DNA from: an uncultured Dehalococcoidia bacterium
GTDB lineage: Bacteria > Chloroflexota > Dehalococcoidia > SZUA-161
Length of the DNA stretch: 64,000 bases
Reading direction: 5' to 3'
Assembly: GCA_964453665.1 (NCBI GenBank)
Contig: CAYVQT010000006.1
Location: 1,976-65,975, forward strand
Of this stretch, positions 9,790-17,267 are shown piece after piece. A program made the position numbers and the translations under genes. The notes under the pieces are model-generated. The model was not told the DNA's origin, did not search any database, and worked only from the letters and a program-made list of their open reading frames with translations. Numbering within the stretch: position 1 is the stretch's first letter; the number at the start of each line of letters is the position of its first letter.

Positions 9790-10476
9790 CTATCTGTGAC
9801 GAAACCTACGCCTCACAAGCGTCCTCCCAATCCTAAACCCATCTCTCAAAGAGTTTAACTTGGTGCGGGTCCCCCTCCTCCTGTAGTCAATGGGCACCTC
9901 TGTTATCCTGTAACCATTCCTTGCTATTTCCGTCAACATATTTACCTCGATGTCGAACCCTCTGGCCTCCAGTTTCAACTGCTTGACTACCTCCGCTCTC
10001 AGACCCCAGCAGCCGGTGCAGGGATCGCTTATTTTTGTCCCGTACAAAACGTTAGTCATCAGAGCCAGCAAATGGTTACCTACCAGGTTCAGAGGAGTCA
10101 TCGCACCCTCAGCCATACAACCCCTCAACCTGGAACCCATCACCACGTCGCATCCTTCTTCCAGAATCTCAAGCATCTGCGGTATGTGGCCAGCCGGATA
10201 AGTATAGTCCGAATCTAATATAAATGCGTAATCGCAGCTCATGGCCTCAAATCCAGCCCTAATAGCCATCCCCTTCCCCCTCCTCGGCTCCCAGATAATC
10301 CGTGCACCTTTCTCCCTGGCAACCTCCTCAGTCCTGTCATTACTTCCATTGTTGACCACCATGACATCTACCTTGTAGCCCCTCCCCTCCATCTCTTTCA
10401 CAGGTATCTCATCTATGACCATACCTATAGTGCCCTCCTCATTAAGAGCAGGCAGGATTACGCAGACTTCCTTCAT
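9790..10476 (-). CDS. Polyprenol-phosphate hexose synthase-like GT2 (DPM1/AglD/AglJ-like)
   Basis: It is 228 aa. VILPALNEEGTIGMVIDEI, VVNNGSNDRT and ILDSDYTYP are present, with the compact DPM1-like size. Confidence 0.85.
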   Translation of the reverse strand: MKEVCVILPALNEEGTIGMVIDEIPVKEMEGRGYKVDVMVVNNGSNDRTEEVAREKGARIIWEPRRGKGMAIRAGFEAMSCDYAFILDSDYTYPAGHIPQMLEILEEGCDVVMGSRLRGCMAEGAMTPLNLVGNHLLALMTNVLYGTKISDPCTGCWGLRAEVVKQLKLEARGFDIEVNMLTEIARNGYRITEVPIDYRRRGTRTKLNSLRDGFRIGRTLVRRRFRHR

Positions 10477-10705
10477 TAAACGATTATCCTTTCACATGCT
10501 GGCCTTCAGCATTCTCATAGCACGAACCCGAACTGATGGCCCTGACCCGAATTGTAATACACTTGTAATATCTTCGCAATTTTTCATCCATACCCTTTAT
10601 CGTTTCTTAATATTCTGCATTTATACTTCAAGCAATGACGGCAGGGTTTTATAAATCACTTACACTCCAGCACTAAGAGACGGTGATGTAATTCGCCTCC
10701 AGTGT

Positions 10706-11242
10706 ATGGCGGAAAATTACCGTCATGTGTCCAGAGATTCAAGTAGGACGATGGTCATCACACATAAGCCAGGGAGGGGAGGGGACAAAGCGGATATGAA
10801 CGAATTGGAGACCGCCAAAAACACACTGGAAAGGGTAATGAGCAATCAGGATGAAATAACGAGGCTTACAGACAACCAGATAGACCTGCTGATCCGGGTA
10901 GCGCTGGGCAAAACCAATTCGCAGATAGCAGACGAGCTTTGTTTACAGGAACAGACCGTAAAGAACAGGGTCACCAGACTGCTGAAGAAGCTGCACGTGG
11001 ATAACAGGGTGCATATAGCGACCTTCGCCTGTTTGGGATACCCGCCGTCGGAATCACAACTAAGGTTCCGTTGGAGAGACCTCAATAAAAAGGCCGTATC
11101 CTCTGGCAACTCAAGCCATCTTAAGATTAGCAGCAGTTATAATCAGCATTTGCGCATACAGCCCCGAAGACGCAACGTCAGAACCCTGGAAACACAGAAG
11201 CTGCTTGGCCTGCGCAATAAGACCACTTCCACGAATAGATAA
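10706..11242 (+). CDS. LuxR/GerE-type HTH transcription regulator (start uncertain; ATG 10796 is possible)
   Basis: LTDNQIDLLIRVALGKTNSQIADELCLQEQTVKNRVTRLLKKLHVDNRVHIA is a canonical GerE HTH. A low-complexity tail of about 70 aa follows. Confidence 0.7.
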   Translation: MAENYRHVSRDSSRTMVITHKPGRGGDKADMNELETAKNTLERVMSNQDEITRLTDNQIDLLIRVALGKTNSQIADELCLQEQTVKNRVTRLLKKLHVDNRVHIATFACLGYPPSESQLRFRWRDLNKKAVSSGNSSHLKISSSYNQHLRIQPRRRNVRTLETQKLLGLRNKTTSTNR

Positions 11243-11545
11243 CGTTAATCCCCACCCCTAATTGTTCTTCCGTGTCAATGAATTATAGCTTAGAGATTCG
11301 GAATGCTTCTTTATCTGAGTCTTTCCAACAATCGCTAAACGGGACTATTAATCAATACAGCACGCAGTTTTTATAATACCTCTGCACATTATTTCTATCA
11401 TTTTTCCCCGTAGAACTCTTGTGTTACGGTACATATCGCAGTAGAATATCGCAATAAATTCGCTTTATATAAGCGTATTATTAATAAGGTATAATCGGGA
11501 GGCAGGGCAAGTAAACGCCTCAACATGACAAAAGGAGGGTTTGCT

Positions 11546-12652
11546 GTGAAGAAGATAGAGGTAAATGCAATCAGAGTCTCGAGCCAAACCTGTATAGTTG
11601 AAATGCCGGGCGAAGTCACAGATTACGATGAGTCCCCTATTGTTAAAGCCTGCGAGCAGGCAGTTCCGGGTAATCTGAGAAACGTTATCCTGGACTTCAG
11701 CTCCGTGAGGAAAATGAACGGGCTTGGGGCAAGCATGCTTGTCAAATTAAGCGCTGAAGCCAGGAATCGAGGACAAAAAACATCGGCGTTCAACCTCAGC
11801 GATCATTACAGGGGCGTTTTTCAAATTACCGGTTTGTACAGGACCGTCCACGTTCACCAAAGCAAGGAGCAGGCATTAACGGCAGCTGGAGAGCTTTCAA
11901 CCGTTTCCACCCTGGATAGACCGGAAGGGACTAAGGAAGTCAATACAGATGACATAGCTAGCTGGTCGGAACCAGTCTCTGAAATCAGAGTCCCCGACAT
12001 GCCCGCCGAAGCTGTTAATTTAAACGTCGAGGGGCTACGTCCCGTTGGACCGGTTGAAGGATTCGGCCAGATGTGGCAGAAGATATATCGACAGCGTCTC
12101 ACGGGCATAAACATCGAACCCGGTGAGGCCCTGAGGGTTCTCAAGGAGAATTTCCCGAACTTTCAACCAGCCGAAAATCGTTTTTATCCCTCGGCAGCCG
12201 GTATACAGCCGGGAGAGGTAGTGCTTATTAACTCTTCGACCCCCGGCGGGCCTATATACACAGGGGTCTTAGTGCTCTATTCCGATGATGAATCATTTAC
12301 CTTCATAACTCCCCAGGGACATCCCGAGTCGGGATGGGTCTCTTTTAACGCATATGACGAAGATGGAGCCACCATCGTGCAGATTCTTGGCCTGGCACGC
12401 GCTAACGACCCCGTATACGAGGCGGCGTTTCGTTTAGCAGGTGCCAGGGTTCAGGAGAAAATATGGCGACACGTATTATCCTCCATGGCCAGCCATCTCA
12501 GCGTGCAGCCGGACGTAGAAGTGCAGAAAATCTGCGCAGATACCAAATTGCAGTGGTCCGGAATAAAAAATATATGGTATAACGCCCAGATTCGCAGCAT
12601 GGTCTACACGATGGTTGCTCCACTGCGCTGGGTCCGCAGAACACTGAAGTAA
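11546..12652 (+). CDS. STAS-domain protein fused to a C-terminal domain of about 230 aa and unknown function (possibly DUF1990-like)
   Basis: NVILDFSSVRKMNGLGASMLVKLSAEARNRGQK resembles SpoIIAA/STAS. The GTG at 11546 sits 7 nt after AAAGGAGGG. The track ORF starts at 11525. Confidence 0.6.
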   Translation: MKKIEVNAIRVSSQTCIVEMPGEVTDYDESPIVKACEQAVPGNLRNVILDFSSVRKMNGLGASMLVKLSAEARNRGQKTSAFNLSDHYRGVFQITGLYRTVHVHQSKEQALTAAGELSTVSTLDRPEGTKEVNTDDIASWSEPVSEIRVPDMPAEAVNLNVEGLRPVGPVEGFGQMWQKIYRQRLTGINIEPGEALRVLKENFPNFQPAENRFYPSAAGIQPGEVVLINSSTPGGPIYTGVLVLYSDDESFTFITPQGHPESGWVSFNAYDEDGATIVQILGLARANDPVYEAAFRLAGARVQEKIWRHVLSSMASHLSVQPDVEVQKICADTKLQWSGIKNIWYNAQIRSMVYTMVAPLRWVRRTLK

Positions 12653-12671
12653 CAAATCACATCGTTGCAAT

Positions 12672-14102
12672 ATGGCAAAGAAGAGTGAGTACGATGCAGT
12701 AGTCGTTGGTTCGGGACCGAACGGTCTCGCTGCCGCCATAACACTGGCCCAAAAAGGGCTCTCTACAATCGTTCTGGAAGCCAGGGACACTGTAGGCGGC
12801 GGTACTCGAACGGCGGAGCTTACTCTGCCTGGATTTCTTCACGATATTTGCTCGGCAATACATCCCCTGGGGGCCAGTTCACCGTTCTTTTACCCATTAA
12901 GCCTTAAAGATTATGGACTTGAGTGGATTTATCCCCGGGCTGCGCTTGCACACCCCCTTGACGACGGAACAGCTATTCTGCTCGAGAGAAGTATCGAGGA
13001 AACAGCACAATCACTGGGCGCAGACAGCGCATCATATAAAAAGGTGATGGAACCTTTAATCAAAGACTGTGACAGGATAATCAGAGACCTGTTAAGGCCC
13101 TTAAGCTTCCCCAGTCACCCAATCTCATTTATTAAGTTCGGCCGGTATGCTTTCCGGTCAGCGTACGGATTAGCGAACAGCCTGTTTCAGGAAGAGCGCG
13201 CTAAGGCATTGTTTGCAGGTTTGGGTGCGCATTCAATTATGCCTCTGGAACGACATTTCACGGCATCCTTCGCTCTCATGCTTGGCTCACTGGGGCACGC
13301 TGTCGGCTGGCCCGTAGCTAAGGGAGGCTCTCAACTAATCGCCGACGCACTGGCAGAATACCTGCGTTCGCTTGGAGGCCACATAGAAACGGGCACCCTT
13401 ATTCAATCACTGGATGATTTGCCGAAGGCAAGAGCTACTCTATTTGACATCACTCCCCGACAATTCACACGGATTGCGGGACAGAGATTAAGCAGCAGAC
13501 ATCTAAAAGGCTATCGCAATTTTAAATACGGGCCAGGCGTATTTAAGATTGATTGGGCATTGGACCGCCCAATTCCATGGAAAGCATCGGAATGCGCTTC
13601 GGCTGCTACCGTTCATATAGGTGGTACGTTAGAGGAGATAGCAGCATCTGAAGACGCTGTATGGAGGGGGGATAATCCCGAGAGGCCATTCGTTATCCTC
13701 GCCCAGCAAAGCTTATTCGACCCTACAAGGACGCCGGATGGCAAACATACAGCCTGGGCGTACTGCCATGTACCAAACGGCTCCACTTTTAGTATGACCG
13801 AACGAATTGAGGCCCAGGTAGAACGATTTGCGCCCGGATTCAGCGAGATTATACTCGCAAAGCATATAATGAACCCATCCGATTTTGAGGAATATAACCC
13901 TAACTACAAAGGAGGAGACATCGCAGGCAGGACTCAGGACTTCTGGCAAATATTCGCCAGACCAGCTTTAAGACTTAAGAGCCCGTATGCTACTCCAGTT
14001 AAAGGACTCTACCTGTGTTCCTCATCTACACCGCCGGGCGGTGGTGTACACGGTATGTGCGGGCACTATGCAGCGTTAGCGGCGCTTCGTGACATTCATT
14101 AA
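12672..14102 (+). CDS. FAD/NAD(P)-dependent oxidoreductase of the phytoene-desaturase (CrtI-like) family
   Basis: YDAVVVGSGPNGLAAAITLAQKG is the dinucleotide-binding motif. The length (476 aa) and the C-terminal GGGVHGMCG are typical. Confidence 0.8.
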   Translation: MAKKSEYDAVVVGSGPNGLAAAITLAQKGLSTIVLEARDTVGGGTRTAELTLPGFLHDICSAIHPLGASSPFFYPLSLKDYGLEWIYPRAALAHPLDDGTAILLERSIEETAQSLGADSASYKKVMEPLIKDCDRIIRDLLRPLSFPSHPISFIKFGRYAFRSAYGLANSLFQEERAKALFAGLGAHSIMPLERHFTASFALMLGSLGHAVGWPVAKGGSQLIADALAEYLRSLGGHIETGTLIQSLDDLPKARATLFDITPRQFTRIAGQRLSSRHLKGYRNFKYGPGVFKIDWALDRPIPWKASECASAATVHIGGTLEEIAASEDAVWRGDNPERPFVILAQQSLFDPTRTPDGKHTAWAYCHVPNGSTFSMTERIEAQVERFAPGFSEIILAKHIMNPSDFEEYNPNYKGGDIAGRTQDFWQIFARPALRLKSPYATPVKGLYLCSSSTPPGGGVHGMCGHYAALAALRDIH

Positions 14103-14176
14103 TCCGGACAAAAAGAAGGTTTATACATGGATATCCGATCTTCATATCGAATCGCGATGTATAAATGCTCGCTTAT

Positions 14177-14620
14177 TCAGTCAGGATAAAGCTCCCAGAC
14201 ATCTTTAAAGCTGCTTATAACATATTTTTTTATTACTATTCTAATTAGAGCGTTATCCGGGGAATCGACGAAATTTACCAGATTGGGATGTTTCTTGAGG
14301 TATATCTTTGCCAGATTATCCCTGTCAACGCCCCGGGCTTCCGTTGCCCTGCCAATAGCAGTTACTGCCACAGCGCGCTCAAAATCAGACTCCATATTCG
14401 ATCTGTTATCTATCAATATGGAGACCCGGGGATTGGCCTTTAACTCATTATATTTACGCGTGGAACGTGACGTAGAGAACAGCAAATCTTTAAGGTCTAC
14501 CGTACCGGCTATCGCCACCAGACAATTATAAGGTTGTTCGTCCTTTTGTGTCGCTAAAACGGCCAGCTTCTGCGAAACAAGCAACTTCCTTATTCTGTCG
14601 CTCAGTTGTGACTTATTCAT
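14177..14620 (-). CDS. Pyridoxamine-5'-phosphate-oxidase-fold (FMN-binding split barrel) family protein
   Basis: It is 147 aa. LAVLATQKDEQPYNCLVAIA...KANPRVSILIDN is a pattern typical of PNPOx-like proteins. Confidence 0.6.
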   Translation of the reverse strand: MNKSQLSDRIRKLLVSQKLAVLATQKDEQPYNCLVAIAGTVDLKDLLFSTSRSTRKYNELKANPRVSILIDNRSNMESDFERAVAVTAIGRATEARGVDRDNLAKIYLKKHPNLVNFVDSPDNALIRIVIKKYVISSFKDVWELYPD

Positions 14621-14965
14621 ATCACCTCCAATGGACTATTGGAATATATCGATAAATATATAATAAGCAATTCCTGCATGGCTATAAATTCATACGCCCC
14701 GACAATCTATCGTATAGCAACCAGCTACAAGCGATTTCAAATCTATACAGCACTTGTGAATAATAACCGGCTCACCATTATTCTACCATTTCTGAGTTGC
14801 AACCGTTCTTTTTTAAATACAACAAAATGCCCAGGCTCGATGCCCGGAGGGCTTTTTTATATCCCCAGAAAAAAGCTGGGTTCCCAAACGGTGTTGACAA
14901 ATGGAATGCTAGAGCATAGCTTATTGGAATCACGGAATATTACATCGAGAAAGGAAAAGTTTAAC

Positions 14966-15430
14966 ATGCTTCTTCATCATGTTGCCATAAGCGTACAGGA
15001 CATAGAAAAGTCACTCGTGTTCTACAGAGATGCGCTGGGACTGACTGTATTCCAGGATGAAGTAATCTCAGGCCTCGACGTCGATACCGGTCTTATGGAG
15101 AAATATGCCAGGGTCCGCATGGTCCTACTGATGGATGAAGCAGGAAATATGATTGAATTACTCGACTGGCAGTCGCCGACTGTAAGAGAAAGACCGTATG
15201 AGCATAGGAATTTCACTTCAACCGGTCTGGTGGAGGTATGTTTTATGGTACCCGACCTGCAGAAGGTCGAGAAGGACCTTTTAAGAAACGGTTTCAGCTT
15301 CAGGACTCCGGTCTGGCCATTCGGTAAGGATACCGGAACCTATGGGGGAGGTTACGCCGCAATCAGATATGCGGAGGACCCCAATGGAGTGAATGTTGAA
15401 TTTATACAGGTCGTCGAAGCCGCTAAATAA
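14966..15430 (+). CDS. VOC/glyoxalase-family protein
   Basis: MLLHHVAISVQDIEKSLVFYRDALGLTV is present. The ATG at 14966 is preceded by AAGGAAA. The 109-codon upstream extension in the track lies in an AT-rich, non-coding-looking region. Confidence 0.75.
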   Translation: MLLHHVAISVQDIEKSLVFYRDALGLTVFQDEVISGLDVDTGLMEKYARVRMVLLMDEAGNMIELLDWQSPTVRERPYEHRNFTSTGLVEVCFMVPDLQKVEKDLLRNGFSFRTPVWPFGKDTGTYGGGYAAIRYAEDPNGVNVEFIQVVEAAK

Positions 15431-15461
15431 TGTAACCTCTGCACCTGCGGGACTTCAATAA

Positions 15462-16154
15462 ATGAAAACAATAGGCCTACTCGGTGGAATGATCTGGGAA
15501 AGCACAGGGCTCTACTATCGATATATTAACCAGGGTGTGAAAGCCAGGCTTGGCGGCCTGCACTCGGCCCGAATTGCTATGGTGAGTGTCGATTTTCAAG
15601 AAATCGAGGGGTTGCAGCATAGCGGCGACTGGGTTCGTGCCGGAGAAATACTGGGTGAGGCCGCCCGCGGTATTGAAGCAGCAGGCGCCGATTTCCTGGT
15701 TATATGCACAAATACAATGCACAAGGTCGTACCGCAGATTGAGCGCGTAATCAGTATCCCTATATTTCACATAGCTGATGCTACGGCCCGCCGGATAAAG
15801 GAACGGGGGATGAATACGGTCGGGCTGTTGGGCACCAGGTTTACGATGGAGCAGGACTTCTACAGGGGTCGCCTCAGTGAAAGACATGGACTGAACGTTA
15901 TAGTTCCGTCCGAATCAGAGCGCGAGGTCATCGACCGCATTATTTACGAGGAGTTGTGTCTGGGTATTATTAAGGATAAGTCCCGCAAGCGGTATCTGAG
16001 GATAATGGACGGGCTGCGCGAGCAGGGCGCTGAAGGGATCATCGAAGGTTGTACAGAGATCGCCATGCTTGTGCAGCAGGAACACACAGTCATTCCGCTG
16101 TTTGACACCACGGCCATTCACGCTGAAGAGGCGGTATCTTTAGCCCTGACGTAG
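15462..16154 (+). CDS. Aspartate/glutamate racemase-family protein (aspartate racemase-like)
   Basis: MKTIGLLGGMIWESTGLYYRYIN, VICTNTMH and IIEGCTEI show the two catalytic Cys regions. Confidence 0.85.
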   Translation: MKTIGLLGGMIWESTGLYYRYINQGVKARLGGLHSARIAMVSVDFQEIEGLQHSGDWVRAGEILGEAARGIEAAGADFLVICTNTMHKVVPQIERVISIPIFHIADATARRIKERGMNTVGLLGTRFTMEQDFYRGRLSERHGLNVIVPSESEREVIDRIIYEELCLGIIKDKSRKRYLRIMDGLREQGAEGIIEGCTEIAMLVQQEHTVIPLFDTTAIHAEEAVSLALT

Positions 16155-16212
16155 CCGCTCGTACAGACGCAAAGTGTGATGTTTTTGGAGGCTTTCATCC
16201 CCCTCCCTCTAA

Positions 16213-16235
16213 CTCCCTCCCGCCAGGGGAGGGAG
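16213..16235. repeat. GC-rich hairpin (9-bp stem)
   Basis: CTCCCTCCC (16213-16221) pairs with GGGAGGGAG (16227-16235). Confidence 0.6.
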
Positions 16236-16245
16236 GAATAATACC

Positions 16246-16273
16246 GTAGGGGCACGGTCACCGTGCCCGCTAC
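16246..16273 (+). repeat. REP-like palindrome, class 1 (GTAG-GGGCACGG / CCGTGCCC-g-CTAC)
   Basis: The sequence is GTAGGGGCACGGtcaCCGTGCCCGCTAC, an 8-bp stem capped by GTAG and CTAC. Confidence 0.7.
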
Positions 16274-16328
16274 ATTGTGCATGGTACATACGTGTAGCGA
16301 TCATATGTCGGTGGTCTTCGCTAAGTCC

Positions 16329-16356
16329 AGGGGCGACCTCATCGGGTCGCCCCTAC
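16329..16356 (-). repeat. REP-like palindrome, class 1
   Basis: The sequence is aGGGGCGACCtcatcgGGTCGCCCCTAC, a 9-bp stem ending in CTAC (GTAG on the other strand). Confidence 0.7.
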
Positions 16357-16453
16357 ATGCTGCCGCTCATAGGATGTAATTGATCCCCTATCTCTCGATG
16401 GGAGAGGCTAAGCTTGCCCTGAGCCTGCCGAAGGATGAGGGTGAATCGATATT

Positions 16454-16485
16454 GGTGGGTTGCGTTGTCACTCCACCCACCCTAC
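16454..16485 (-). repeat. REP-like palindrome, class 2 (GTAG-GGTGGGT)
   Basis: The sequence is GGTGGGTtgcgttgtcactccACCCACCCTAC. It lies 5 nt from the stop of the 16490..17164 gene. Confidence 0.65.
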
Positions 16486-16489
16486 TCGA

Positions 16490-17164
16490 CTATTTATTGT
16501 TAGACAAATTGCTTCCTTCGAGCTCCTCACCCCACAGACTCAGCTTACCCAAAAAATCCAAAGCCGTCTGGTAGTTTTGGAATGCTTCTTGGATCTCTAA
16601 TGATGAAGTCCCTCTTAATATCAACTGTGGATGTCGAACTAGATCCTCTTCCGTAATCTTGTTAGGTAACTCTTCACCATCAAAATCAGGAAGTCCCAAG
16701 GGCTCTATATAGTCCGGAGAGGAATGGAGAACCGAATTCCGATATTCGAAGAGCGCACGCACCCTTTTGAGCAGCACCTTATCCCGCTTAATGTGTGGGC
16801 AAAACTCACATGCGAATTCAATTTTCTGCGGCAATGTAAGTCGTGAGTGTTTCGTTACTAGCACGCCCAAGAATCGCCGAATGTTTGCATCCCTAATGAG
16901 CAGAATTGGAATGGTAATAAACAAGTTTAGCCCCGTTTCGATGGCAGCTGCTGAGAATATGCTAGTCACAATGGCATGGTCTAGTTTTAGGTCGCCGGGG
17001 ACGGTAATTGTCTTTGCCCGAGACTTCTTAATATAGCCGAGATGTCTCTTGGCTATGGCAAGCAATCTCCTTACCTCGCTATCCGAGTCAATAGCAAATC
17101 TGTCTGACATATCCCATCCCGTTCTGACTTTACGAGGCTGTGAGACTGAATCTATAAGACTCAA
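16490..17164 (-). CDS. Orphan 224-aa protein with an RNxxxH motif (HEPN-like putative RNase)
   Basis: FEYRNSVLH (R142-H147, nt 16724-16741) fits the HEPN Rx4-6H motif in a mostly helical-looking sequence. A 60-nt sample I counted (16561-16620) is about 40% GC, against about 58% in neighbouring genes. Confidence 0.45.
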   Translation of the reverse strand: MSLIDSVSQPRKVRTGWDMSDRFAIDSDSEVRRLLAIAKRHLGYIKKSRAKTITVPGDLKLDHAIVTSIFSAAAIETGLNLFITIPILLIRDANIRRFLGVLVTKHSRLTLPQKIEFACEFCPHIKRDKVLLKRVRALFEYRNSVLHSSPDYIEPLGLPDFDGEELPNKITEEDLVRHPQLILRGTSSLEIQEAFQNYQTALDFLGKLSLWGEELEGSNLSNNK

Positions 17165-17224
17165 ACTCCAAGCTTCGGTGCCATTTTAAACCTGATGGCT
17201 ACGCTGGCACAAGGGCAAAGGTAT

Positions 17225-17255
17225 GTAGGGTGGGTTCCGCAAAGCTGAACCCACC
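17225..17255 (+). repeat. REP-like palindrome, class 2
   Basis: The sequence is GTAGGGTGGGTTCcgcaaagctGAACCCACC, a 9-bp stem with a 5' GTAG. Confidence 0.65.
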
Positions 17256-17267
17256 TTTAACCCCTCC

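Noticed and set aside
14639-14965. 109-codon N-terminal extension of the VOC/glyoxalase ORF
   Set aside because: The region is AT-rich and contains a promoter-like TTGACA (14894-14899). The family domain begins exactly at the internal ATG at 14966, which has an RBS.
16155-16489. Possible CRISPR array, given the many short palindromic repeats here and at 49.3-49.5 kb and 59.67-59.75 kb
   Set aside because: The repeats differ in sequence and orientation and have no regular repeat-spacer periodicity. There are no cas genes. The REP/BIME interpretation fits better.
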